64,000 nt of DNA from a virus. Lineage: Duplodnaviria > Caudoviricetes. The notes beneath the pieces are model-generated. The model had not been told where the DNA came from. It ran no database searches and worked only from the letters and a program-made list of their open reading frames with translations. The stretch is from IMG/VR virus record IMGVR_UViG_3300028805_000037, positions 64,001 to 128,000 of that record. One strand, written 5' to 3'. This document shows, piece after piece, positions 49,852 to 59,525 of this stretch. Positions within the stretch are counted from its first letter, which is position 1, and each line of letters begins with the position of its first letter. A program made the translations under genes and the position numbers.

Positions 49852-50203
49852 TATCTTCTCCTATACTAAAATCTGGATATTTTTCATTAAACATATCTAT
49901 TAATTGTTTATCTTCTTTAGCTAACTGTTTTGCATTTTTAGGTAAAGTTAAATCTTCTTCCAAACAAACTTTTAAATATTCTTTTAACAATTCTTTATTC
50001 GTAATCTTATCTAACAATGCCTGATCTACATCAAGTCTATGTTTTATACACATACTTAAATAATCTTCAAGTAACTTCTGATCACTTACCTTTTCAATTA
50101 AATAATCAATTGAACTATAAAAAGGTTGATCTTCTTTTATACTATTATTTAACAATTGTTCTGCTTCATTATATTGATTAGATTTTATAAACCATCCAGA
50201 CAT
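49844..50203 (-). CDS. Hypothetical protein, N-terminus MSGWFIKS
   Basis: ORF; shared N-terminal tag. Confidence 0.6.
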   Translation of the reverse strand: MSGWFIKSNQYNEAEQLLNNSIKEDQPFYSSIDYLIEKVSDQKLLEDYLSMCIKHRLDVDQALLDKITNKELLKEYLKVCLEEDLTLPKNAKQLAKEDKQLIDMFNEKYPDFSIGEDNV

Positions 50204-50338
50204 TTATTTATCCTTACATTCTTTAGACTTTTTTTCTTCCTCTTCTTCTTTTTTAACTTTATCTATATCAACAACTGCTTTAACTTTTTTTAACACATTC
50301 ATTGGTGTTACTACACCAGATCTTTTAAACATATTCAT
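50204..50338 (-). CDS. Small 44-aa protein (MNMFKRSG...), not in ORF track
   Basis: AAGGAG SD; stop abuts the next ATG. Confidence 0.55.
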   Translation of the reverse strand: MNMFKRSGVVTPMNVLKKVKAVVDIDKVKKEEEEEKKSKECKDK

Positions 50339-50350
50339 TTCTCCTTTATT

Positions 50351-50735
50351 TTATTGTCCAAGTCCACTAAGTGCATCTCCAATATCTACACCACCTTCTT
50401 CCATATAAGAATTAAGCCACTGTAAAAATTGTGTTTTTGTATAAAAAAACCTTATAATTTAAATTATTTTTCTTCGCAATTTCAAGCTTTAATGGATCTC
50501 TAACTGTCCAAATCTTAATCGCATCAATATACGATGACTTCTTCTCACCTTTAAAATTAATTTCTTCTGATTCTTTATCTAAAGATATATTGTGCTTTAA
50601 TCTATAACAAAGTTCTTCAAATGTAAATTTATATTTTCTTAAAATTTCTTGTATATCTTGTGATAAATACTTCGGTAGCATAGCAGATATTCTTAGTGAT
50701 TTATGTGATTTTATATATTGTAATAATTTCTGCAT
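50351..50735 (-). pseudogene. Internally deleted, frameshifted remnant of the repeat/Vsr-like endonuclease (copy D)
   Basis: N-terminal ELCYRLKHNISLDK joined directly to C-terminal AIKIWTVRDPLKL..KNNLNYKVF; one extra base in the A7 run at 50443-50449. Confidence 0.8.
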
Positions 50736-52465
50736 TATACTTCACCTACTAATTCTTCTAAACCCTCTGGTACACTTGGTTTTAAATCCTCACCACCTTC
50801 TGAAAATTTAGATCTAGGACTTAAATCACCTTCACCGTTAGGTAATATTGCTGGCTCTTCAGTCTTTAATTCATCTTCTGGTAAAGGTGGTCTTCCGCCA
50901 CCATTGGTTGCTCCACCCATTTCTCTTCCTGCTTTACCTTGCGGATTTTCTTTTGTTTTATTTAAATCTTTATAATTATTATTTTTAAATTCACCATTTA
51001 AAATTCTATTTCTCAACGCTTTTTCTTTTGCCAAATCATCTTTTGCGGCTTTATAAATTGGATCAAATACTGTATCTGCTTCTCTATTAAATTTCTCTTG
51101 TAACTGATCCATATCCCAACCAAACATATCTGCAACAAGCTCAAATGGAATTTCTTTTTTATCTCTAAGTCTAAGTAACATCTCTTGTTCTGATTGTGAA
51201 CTTAAAAGATTTACTCTTTCTTTATAGAAAAATTTTGGTAGTATATAATTATTATATGAAGAACTTAATCTTAATTTATGTTGTACTTCTGCTTGAGTTC
51301 TCTTTATTAAGCCATGCTCTCTTGCAATTGGTAAAAATACTTTCTCTCTAATAAGTCTTTCAAGTAAATTTCTATTCATTAAGTATCTATGCATAACAAC
51401 TTTCATATTAATCATATCTTTTGCATAGGGTCCAGCTTCGCCACCAAGCATTGCATCATTACAGAATAATCCAATCATAACTCTTTTTTGTGCAAAATCA
51501 AATTCCGTTTTTAAATCCTGCCAATTTCCATGTTGATCTTTTATTTCGAGATTAACAAACGGATGTGTTATTAAATTATAATCTGGATCATTTATTCCAG
51601 CCATAATCAATGCTTTTGTTTCATTAAAATGTTTCTTATCTGGGAACCAGCCCTTTGTTTCGGAACCAACTTTCCAATGTTTAATCGGATACATTGCTCT
51701 ATCTGCGAAAGTAAACTGCAATAACCTTAATTTATCTTCATACATTAAATCTTTTAAACATGATTTTAGTATAGATTCACCTTGCAAAGAATATTGAGCA
51801 GGTCTATTTGCAAAGTGAATCACTCTTTCATTCGCCAATTGATAAGGTGTACCTGTTAATATAGCATTTCTAAATTCTGTAGGAATTGTAGAAGCTACTG
51901 CCTGATCAGCAGCACTGCTAGACTGTAAAACTTTCTTTGTTGATTCATCCGGTTTAAGAAAATATACTGCATTTCCACCAGCATAAGATCTATGTATCTC
52001 AATATTTTCTGGAGGGAATTGATTAAATCTTACCCACTCGGCATTTGTTTCATCCCAATCACCATACATATAAGCATTGCCTAATAACCAAAAATCTCTA
52101 TTAAGATTAATCATCATAGTTAAAATATCTAATCTATCTTTTATATCATTATAATATTGTTCAATTTCTCTATCATCACATCTTAATTCAAAATCACTTA
52201 AAGCATAAGAGGAATGTAAATCGATTACAGAATGTACTAAAGGATTATATGTATAATAATGTCTTAACCTTGCATTTAGCTGTGTGTCATTTTCACGAGG
52301 AAACATCATTAATACTGGATCCATTAAAGGATCTACATACATCATAGGAACACGGTTGATGGAACTATTTGGGTTACCCATCATTCCCATTCCACCATCC
52401 ATCATAATAGTATTGGCACGCCTATTAAAACCCTTACTGCTTTTTATCTCTTTTATATTTGGCAT
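50735..52465 (-). CDS. Portal protein
   Basis: RHYY..NPLV.SVID.H....LSDF, D.WLLGNAY, IHF......GESIL; between terminase and protease. Confidence 0.9.
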   Translation of the reverse strand: MPNIKEIKSSKGFNRRANTIMMDGGMGMMGNPNSSINRVPMMYVDPLMDPVLMMFPRENDTQLNARLRHYYTYNPLVHSVIDLHSSYALSDFELRCDDREIEQYYNDIKDRLDILTMMINLNRDFWLLGNAYMYGDWDETNAEWVRFNQFPPENIEIHRSYAGGNAVYFLKPDESTKKVLQSSSAADQAVASTIPTEFRNAILTGTPYQLANERVIHFANRPAQYSLQGESILKSCLKDLMYEDKLRLLQFTFADRAMYPIKHWKVGSETKGWFPDKKHFNETKALIMAGINDPDYNLITHPFVNLEIKDQHGNWQDLKTEFDFAQKRVMIGLFCNDAMLGGEAGPYAKDMINMKVVMHRYLMNRNLLERLIREKVFLPIAREHGLIKRTQAEVQHKLRLSSSYNNYILPKFFYKERVNLLSSQSEQEMLLRLRDKKEIPFELVADMFGWDMDQLQEKFNREADTVFDPIYKAAKDDLAKEKALRNRILNGEFKNNNYKDLNKTKENPQGKAGREMGGATNGGGRPPLPEDELKTEEPAILPNGEGDLSPRSKFSEGGEDLKPSVPEGLEELVGEV

Positions 52466-52482
52466 TTTAAATCTTCCTTAAT

Positions 52483-52674
52483 TTAATTTTCATTTTCTAA
52501 TTTTTTCATTTTTTCAATATATTCATTTACCTTAGGTTTTATACCGTTTAATAAAGCATATTGTATATTACTTATATCTATATTTGCATCGATATTATTT
52601 TTATTTAATTCCTGAGATAAGTAGTATACACGCTTTTCAATATCATCTATTATATATAGTAAATCATTTTGCAT
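52483..52674 (-). CDS. Small hypothetical protein (start MQNDL)
   Basis: ATG overlapping the end of the upstream ORF. Confidence 0.5.
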   Translation of the reverse strand: MQNDLLYIIDDIEKRVYYLSQELNKNNIDANIDISNIQYALLNGIKPKVNEYIEKMKKLENEN

Positions 52675-52846
52675 TATTCTTTTCCTGTTCTTCTTTCCAA
52701 AGATTCTCATTACCTTCAAATGTACCATTTCCTAATTCACCTGTTGGTAATACTTCCATTACTTGATTATCTTCTAAACTTTTGTTAGAACTATTATCTA
52801 TCTCATTTGATTTATTAACTTCTGAAAAAATCAACCATCTAGACAT
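52664..52846 (-). CDS. Small protein, N-terminus MSRWLIFS
   Basis: Translationally coupled; shared N-terminal tag. Confidence 0.6.
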   Translation of the reverse strand: MSRWLIFSEVNKSNEIDNSSNKSLEDNQVMEVLPTGELGNGTFEGNENLWKEEQEKNNAK

Positions 52847-54150
52847 TATTCTTCTTCCTTTACTTCATCTTTAACACTTCCTGATTTATCTAACTCTTCA
52901 AGTTTTGAAAAATAATTCTCAAGACCAGATGCATTTAAAGGGTAAATTTCTTCATCAACACCTTTAAAGTTACCATCTGTTTCAACATTACCTTTATCAT
53001 CTATAGCAAACATTGCTAAAACATATTGTTGCCCCAAGTTAGCTTTTTCATTTAAAGTAATACCTAAAACTACAGAAAGTTTTGCAGCTTTATTAAAATA
53101 TTGAATTGGGTTTTGTCCTGGAACTTCTGGAGTTTTTTCAATTGAATTATCTGAATTCTTATTAACATATTTTACTTCCTTAACTTCAATCAATGCCTTC
53201 GTTAATAATTCAGATAAATTATCTTCAAAATATTTGTTTATTTCTTTTATATAAAAAGAAATTTTATCTAAATTAAATCCAATTTTATTGTCATTAACTA
53301 CTTCTTTCTGTAAATCTTTATCTGTTTGATTTATTTTAATTTCTTCTTTCTCAAGTTCTTTCGTTATATCAGAAGATTCATCTTCTTCTGCATATCTCTT
53401 AATATAATAATTATATAAGTCTTTGTGCTCTTGAGCAGTAATTTCACCATTATCATAAGACATTCTTAACATTCCTCTAATTTCATGAGGTTGCATATTT
53501 CCAGAGTCGATGCTCTTTGCAAGAGAAGCTGTTCTACCTTTAAACATAACCTTTTGTGTTATAGGTGCATCTGTACAAAGGTAAGGAACTTCTAAACCTT
53601 TATTAATATCTTTCTCGGGAACAGATATAATAGATTTACAAGTTTTTATATCTTTTGCATTTTTATTTAAAACATTCAATGCTTCCTCAAGGTCTAATGT
53701 ATACTGTATAAGCTCTCTAGCTAAATCATCAATCTGACCAAACACACCAAACCCAAGTTTATAACTTATAATAAATACATATTTATATTTACTACCTTTG
53801 CCTTCACCCCAACCATAATTAAAACCGGGAATACATCCAGGCATGTTCAATAAATAGTCTGTAGAATTAACTCTCTCTGGATCTAATCCTGTAAGATGCT
53901 TATAAATTTCTTTTATCATTGGAACTTGATAGCCCCAACCAATAAAATAATTTTCAATATCAGAGTAAGAATATTGATGCTGACTTAACATCTGTATCAT
54001 ATTATTCTGTAACTCTGTAAACTCTTCCTTTGAATTTGTTCCTGCAAAATTAACATTAAATAGCATCTGTGTAATTTCTTGTATACCTGCTTCTTTTTTA
54101 TTTAAATCTGACATATTCTCACTCCTATTAAAATAAATTTTCATCAACAT
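52846..54150 (-). CDS. Hypothetical head-region protein (likely start MSDLN)
   Basis: ORF of about 420 aa; AGGAG SD before MSDLN. Confidence 0.6.
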   Translation of the reverse strand: MLMKIYFNRSENMSDLNKKEAGIQEITQMLFNVNFAGTNSKEEFTELQNNMIQMLSQHQYSYSDIENYFIGWGYQVPMIKEIYKHLTGLDPERVNSTDYLLNMPGCIPGFNYGWGEGKGSKYKYVFIISYKLGFGVFGQIDDLARELIQYTLDLEEALNVLNKNAKDIKTCKSIISVPEKDINKGLEVPYLCTDAPITQKVMFKGRTASLAKSIDSGNMQPHEIRGMLRMSYDNGEITAQEHKDLYNYYIKRYAEEDESSDITKELEKEEIKINQTDKDLQKEVVNDNKIGFNLDKISFYIKEINKYFEDNLSELLTKALIEVKEVKYVNKNSDNSIEKTPEVPGQNPIQYFNKAAKLSVVLGITLNEKANLGQQYVLAMFAIDDKGNVETDGNFKGVDEEIYPLNASGLENYFSKLEELDKSGSVKDEVKEEE

Positions 54151-54472
54151 CTATGATATCTGCTTCATCAATTTCATGTATCATAGAACTACCTTGACAA
54201 ACAACACCATATTTTAAATTTGCCCTTCTTTCCATAATTGTTGCTTGGTGAAGCATTGTATCACCTGTATCTATATAAACATTGTCACCTTCTTTATATG
54301 CCCAAGCTCCTCCAGCTTCTAATGCATCTCTTACGGATACTTCTCTAGCAGAAGCAACTCTACCTAAAACTTTATTACCGTTCTCATCTTCTACAACTTC
54401 CCAAGTATTATCTCCTGCTTCATCAAATTCTGCAAATAAATTAAATCTCGCTTCCTTTTTTATATCTTCCAT
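54128..54472 (-). CDS. Hypothetical protein with SH3/Tudor-like C-terminus
   Basis: YKEGDNVY.D.G.....ATI......KYGV. Confidence 0.55.
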   Translation of the reverse strand: MEDIKKEARFNLFAEFDEAGDNTWEVVEDENGNKVLGRVASAREVSVRDALEAGGAWAYKEGDNVYIDTGDTMLHQATIMERRANLKYGVVCQGSSMIHEIDEADIIDVDENLF

Positions 54473-54482
54473 AATTCCTCTC

Positions 54483-56129
54483 CTATAAATTTCCTATATA
54501 TTTATTATACTCATCAAACGTATTTTTAAAACCATTATAAAAGTTTTTATAATACCATTCATATAACTTTATAATAGTTGTCTTTACATCTATTATTTCT
54601 GAATCTTCTAAAATACTTTCTTCTTTAGAAACATCTGGTATTTCATTTAATACATTTATTTGCTGAATAACTTCAGTATTAACTTTATTTAAAAACGATA
54701 ATGCTTCTTCTGTATTAAAAACAAAATCAATTGAACCATTATTTGTTAAATCTATTTCTTTATTAGGTATAGTCTTTAATTCAGAATCGCATATTATTGC
54801 TGGACTAATTAACTTAATTATACCACTATATAAACTTGTTAAAGGCTTTTGAACTTTATCTCTAATATCTGCTTTTGTTGCTGAATTTTTTGTATAATAA
54901 TCTAATGCTTGTAATAAATCAAATACTTCTTTTGAATTAATAAATCTATCTGTACCTGACAAAGCAATAGATAAAATACCAAAATTGATAATATCTTTAA
55001 CCTTGCTTTCATAATTTTCAGGTAGCTCACTTCTAAGCTTAAATTGTGATAAATAATTACTTAAATTTTTTAAAATATTATTAATATTTTTATCACAATA
55101 CTTTGACATGTTTCCTAATCCAAAATTATTATAAATAGTTTCTAATAAAAATTGCCTTGCAGACTGATTATCCCCTGACATATCTTCAGTCATTTTATAT
55201 TTCTTAAAAAATTCTTTACTGGCTATAGTATCTAAAAGATCCTTATAAAACTCTTTTGTTATTTCTGTATCATCACTAATATCTTCTTTACTAGTGGATT
55301 TAAATAAATTTAAAATTGTATTTTTTAATTCAAATAATAATGTATATAAACTAATTAATACATCAAAATTTACTTGAAATTTATCCTCATCATCCCTTAC
55401 AGATTTAAATATATTTCCTAAATAACTACTTAAATCCTGATTACTTCTAAAACTTTCTTCATAATCTTGAAAACTTTTTTGATCATTTAACTTACTAATT
55501 ATTTGTGTATTAATAATATTCATATAGTTAGTTAAGTTATCTGAAAGTTTCTCATCAATTAAAGATTCTTTTTTAAATGTATTTTCTATAATATTTCTAA
55601 TTGATCTTATAAAATCACTATATAAAATATTAAAATCTTTAATTAAATTAATATCTTCATTACTACTTAATGCAGAATTTTGTAAGTACTCGTACATTGA
55701 AAAATACTTATAAAGTACATCACTAGCTTTTAATTTATCTAATAAGTAATTAACGTTATCTACTGATTTAACTTGTGACGACTCTTTAAGTTTAATTAAC
55801 CCTTCTATCAATTTATTCAAAATCTCATCAGATTTATCACTATCTTTACTTACATCCTTTAATTTTTTATCTATAGATGTTAACAAGCTATTAACTGTTT
55901 CACAATCATTTTCTAAATCACGTAATGTATTAGATTTTTTAATATACTCTAATAATCTAAAGCATGCATCTATATCTTTTAAAATATCTTTTCTTATAGC
56001 TTTATTACGTTTTTCAGTAAACTCTTTAATAGATTCTTGTTCCTTTTCTCTTTCTTCACGTTCTTCTTCAGACTCATTTAAAATATCTGCTATTATAAAC
56101 TTATTTAAAAAATTATTAAATAAACCCAT
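54483..56129 (-). CDS. Hypothetical helical protein
   Basis: 548-aa ORF with AGGAG SD. Confidence 0.6.
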   Translation of the reverse strand: MGLFNNFLNKFIIADILNESEEEREEREKEQESIKEFTEKRNKAIRKDILKDIDACFRLLEYIKKSNTLRDLENDCETVNSLLTSIDKKLKDVSKDSDKSDEILNKLIEGLIKLKESSQVKSVDNVNYLLDKLKASDVLYKYFSMYEYLQNSALSSNEDINLIKDFNILYSDFIRSIRNIIENTFKKESLIDEKLSDNLTNYMNIINTQIISKLNDQKSFQDYEESFRSNQDLSSYLGNIFKSVRDDEDKFQVNFDVLISLYTLLFELKNTILNLFKSTSKEDISDDTEITKEFYKDLLDTIASKEFFKKYKMTEDMSGDNQSARQFLLETIYNNFGLGNMSKYCDKNINNILKNLSNYLSQFKLRSELPENYESKVKDIINFGILSIALSGTDRFINSKEVFDLLQALDYYTKNSATKADIRDKVQKPLTSLYSGIIKLISPAIICDSELKTIPNKEIDLTNNGSIDFVFNTEEALSFLNKVNTEVIQQINVLNEIPDVSKEESILEDSEIIDVKTTIIKLYEWYYKNFYNGFKNTFDEYNKYIGNL

Positions 56130-56167
56130 ATAAAAAACTCCTAATAAATATTTAAAAATCTAGATAT

Positions 56168-56186
56168 TATGATAAAAATGTCAAGG
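56168..56186 (-). promoter_or_regulatory. Conserved upstream element, copy 7 (CCTTGACA-TTTT-TATCATA)
   Basis: Exact consensus. Confidence 0.75.
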
Positions 56187-56438
56187 CTATACAATTGCGT
56201 TTTTAGTATGTCCTTGTCCGTTTTCTAAAGGCTTAAAGTTAGTTTTATCACTAACTTCACTTACAGGATTTTTACCATCACCTTCAAAACCTTGGTGATT
56301 TAATTGAACACCTTTTCCTTCAGTAGGATGTTCTGATGTACTATTCTGCTTTTGCTCAACAATCTTTACTTCATTTTGAAATGTATTTGGATCTTGATCT
56401 ACACCTTTCATATCATTTGCAATTAACCATCTAGACAT
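56187..56438 (-). CDS. Small protein, N-terminus MSRWLIAN
   Basis: Follows terminase; shared N-terminal tag. Confidence 0.6.
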   Translation of the reverse strand: MSRWLIANDMKGVDQDPNTFQNEVKIVEQKQNSTSEHPTEGKGVQLNHQGFEGDGKNPVSEVSDKTNFKPLENGQGHTKNAIV

Positions 56439-56441
56439 TTT

Positions 56442-59400
56442 CTACCCCTGTTGACCTATTATTGTTCCACCTATAGAACTTAGATTATCTTGTATATAAA
56501 TTCCACCTTCCATATTAATATTATTATTCAACGCTTTCTTTGTAAGTAAAATCTTTATCGCACCTACTACTGTATCAGCTAAATCTTTTGAATTATGTAC
56601 AAATACTCCCGAAGCTAAAGCAAAATTATTAAATCCAGGAACTGTTATATCGTATACTGGTGTATCTGAAACCTGAATTAATTCTACACTTATAACTTTA
56701 TGATTGTAATCTTTCATATTTTTATGTAATAAATAATCTAAATTATATTTATGTATATAATATTTGAGCGTCTGAACTGGACATTTAAATAACTTAGATA
56801 TATCGCTTATATTTAACCCTTCTTTAAAACTTTCCACTAAATTCTGTTTAAAATTTATATCTACATATCTTTCAGAAAGAGCATGCACAACCCTATTATT
56901 ATTACCTTTTGGCTTAATCCCTAATTGCTGTGCTAAATTTTTATAAGAAACACAGTGTTTAAAATCTAAATTTTTATCTTTTAATAGTGTGTTTAAGTCA
57001 TTATGTCTTAATTGTTTAGCCTGTTCATAATATATTTTACTTGCATCACGTAGCTGTGTTTTTGATAATTCAAGTCTTCTTGTTTTACCTTCTTTTGATT
57101 TCCAATATATATCATTTGTGGAAATTTTTTTATGTAAACCTAACTCTTTATTCTTTCTAAATGTTTCTTTCCCTTTGTCTATAATTTGTTGTTTCTCTTC
57201 AACTGTACGCGCGTTCCAAATTGCTTTACGCTTTTCTACTCCAATAAAAGCATTTAATTTACCTTCTTCTGAATTTCTTTTTATCATAGATTTCTGTACA
57301 GCTAATTTACGAGAATTTTTACCTTCTTCTGTTTGGTAAAAAACTTTTAATGCTTCAGCTCTTTTCTGTATACGTTCTGGATTTAAGTTATCACGTTTCA
57401 ATCTAGTTAATGTACGCTGTTTAACTTTCTGCAAACTTAATTTGCATAACTGTTTGTGTCGCTCTGCATGCTCACTTCTAGTTAATAATTCTAAATTTTC
57501 AGGTGTATTGTTTCTTGGATTTAAATCATAGTGATGTATAACTTCATTAGTAATATCATAATCACCATTAAAATATTTATAAACCATTTTATGTGTTGCC
57601 TGTGATTTATTTGTTTTATTATCTTTTAAAATCTCATAGTTTCCCCAATAACTACATCTTAACGGCATTATTGAATCATCTTTCTTTAAATCTTTAGCTT
57701 GTATATATGTACCATTACGTAACATAATTAGATGATTTGGTGTACATGTAAAACTTTTATTATTATCTAAAATTACTTTACATAATGTATTAACTTTTTT
57801 AGTTTCATGTGCATTATATGCTTTAGCTGGCACTATTGTGCCATCAGACTTGCATGCGTATACCCAAAATTCTTTATCTGAACCTGCATCTGCAAGTTCT
57901 TTCATAGTTTTACATGTACCATTTAATAGTTTAATTTGAGTATCACCTGTAAAACAACCGTCACTTGGATGATCTACACGTTTTGCTCTTGTTAATATTA
58001 ATCTTCTAAACTCTTCCTGAAGTCTTTCACTAGGTTGTAAAGAAACTCTACCTTCATACATCATTTCTTTTGCATGTTTATAATCTGCAAAATTAAGTCT
58101 ATATTCTTCAGAAGGTATATGTAATTCATTTAACTGTTCAATAAGTAATGCACTATTCCATTGGTCAAAATAAACTCTATTTATATGTATATGCTTACTT
58201 ATATCAACTAAAAACTGTTTCACATTGTGCATTGAAACTTCTAATTTCTTTTCTGGATTTGGTACCCAAGATAACATTAAATCTTGTATTGCTTTCAATC
58301 CTGTAGTTGTAGACTCTGTATGGAATATAGATAAAGCTGCAGAGTCACTTCTTAATCCTAAATCGATTGTTATTGTATAATCTATATCTGTTCTACTTAT
58401 ATTATAATTAGTAATTAATTTTTTTACATAACCATCTTCTTCATAATCTTGTGTGTCTACTAATGGTAGTCTGTTTGGATCTATACAAGCCCTAATCTTT
58501 TCAGGTTTCTCAATAAAGATACTTGATATAGATGACGGCATACACATATACTTCGTCTTAGCATTTTCTGGATCTGCTTTAAACTCAGACTGGTATTCCA
58601 GCGGAATCTTATGTCCTTGAAACTCAAAATACTTTTGAGGGTAATCTTTAAAACAATGTGCTGGTTTTACTTCCCAAGTACATGCTTTATCACAAAACCA
58701 ATGTAACTCTGACTGTCCTTGCTCATAAAGCTTAAGTATTGCATCACCTTCATAACGTGTGAAACTTAATGCTACTCCTTTATGTCTATTTCCAAAACGA
58801 GAAATTGCAGAAGATTTCATCATATTAAATATTGTTATACCTTTATTTGTAGCAGGGGTTTCATCAAAACCTGCAATTTCATCACAAACAAAAAACAATA
58901 TATTCTTACCTTCCTGTGAGTTAGCCCCTGAATGTCCTGAAATAGCTCTTATATTATTTGGAAATATCGCTGCATTCTGTGTTATTGTAACTGTATTTAA
59001 TATATCATCTATTCTTGCCTGTCCAAGAAATGACCCAGAAAACTTTACAGGATATTTATCTCGCAACCATTGCCAACGTATTAATCTTTGTTTAAACTTC
59101 TCAAAGAAAACACCTGAAGCCTGTTGAGCATTAACTGCTACATTAAGTAAGTCTATAGCTTCACCTTCAGGTAAATTAAGAAACTTCTGCGGTGACCTTA
59201 AACAAAGTAATACATATACTGCATAACACATTAATAATGATGTTATTGTATCTTTACCTGCACCTTTTCCATATGCTAAAATCGCTGTTGTATTCCCATT
59301 ATCAAATATCTTTTTTGGGTCATTACCAAATAAAAAATCAGATGGAGCATATTGACGCTCGCTAAGAGGAACAAAATTCATGTGATTTTTTGAAATTACA

Positions 59401-59525
59401 AAGTCTCTAAAAGAAATTGGATCTTCGTTCCAAACTTTATTATCTGTTTTAAAAATTTTATCTATATCACCGAGTGCAGAATTACATAACTGCTGCCTAA
59501 TCGATGCAGAACTTCTATTTGTCAT
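56442..59525 (-). CDS. terL: Terminase large subunit containing an intein
   Basis: Walker A GKGAGKD, Walker B FFVCDE, RNase H-like IDLG..SD, FDQWNS, VDHP..G|SKD.AD. Confidence 0.92.
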   Translation of the reverse strand: MTNRSSASIRQQLCNSALGDIDKIFKTDNKVWNEDPISFRDFVISKNHMNFVPLSERQYAPSDFLFGNDPKKIFDNGNTTAILAYGKGAGKDTITSLLMCYAVYVLLCLRSPQKFLNLPEGEAIDLLNVAVNAQQASGVFFEKFKQRLIRWQWLRDKYPVKFSGSFLGQARIDDILNTVTITQNAAIFPNNIRAISGHSGANSQEGKNILFFVCDEIAGFDETPATNKGITIFNMMKSSAISRFGNRHKGVALSFTRYEGDAILKLYEQGQSELHWFCDKACTWEVKPAHCFKDYPQKYFEFQGHKIPLEYQSEFKADPENAKTKYMCMPSSISSIFIEKPEKIRACIDPNRLPLVDTQDYEEDGYVKKLITNYNISRTDIDYTITIDLGLRSDSAALSIFHTESTTTGLKAIQDLMLSWVPNPEKKLEVSMHNVKQFLVDISKHIHINRVYFDQWNSALLIEQLNELHIPSEEYRLNFADYKHAKEMMYEGRVSLQPSERLQEEFRRLILTRAKRVDHPSDGCFTGDTQIKLLNGTCKTMKELADAGSDKEFWVYACKSDGTIVPAKAYNAHETKKVNTLCKVILDNNKSFTCTPNHLIMLRNGTYIQAKDLKKDDSIMPLRCSYWGNYEILKDNKTNKSQATHKMVYKYFNGDYDITNEVIHHYDLNPRNNTPENLELLTRSEHAERHKQLCKLSLQKVKQRTLTRLKRDNLNPERIQKRAEALKVFYQTEEGKNSRKLAVQKSMIKRNSEEGKLNAFIGVEKRKAIWNARTVEEKQQIIDKGKETFRKNKELGLHKKISTNDIYWKSKEGKTRRLELSKTQLRDASKIYYEQAKQLRHNDLNTLLKDKNLDFKHCVSYKNLAQQLGIKPKGNNNRVVHALSERYVDINFKQNLVESFKEGLNISDISKLFKCPVQTLKYYIHKYNLDYLLHKNMKDYNHKVISVELIQVSDTPVYDITVPGFNNFALASGVFVHNSKDLADTVVGAIKILLTKKALNNNINMEGGIYIQDNLSSIGGTIIGQQG
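56592..57956 (-). mobile_element. Intein (455 aa) with HNH homing endonuclease
   Basis: CFTGDT start, CTPNH block B, VYDITV...NNF...GVFVHN|S end; internal HH.D.NPRNN...NL......EH...H. Confidence 0.92.
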
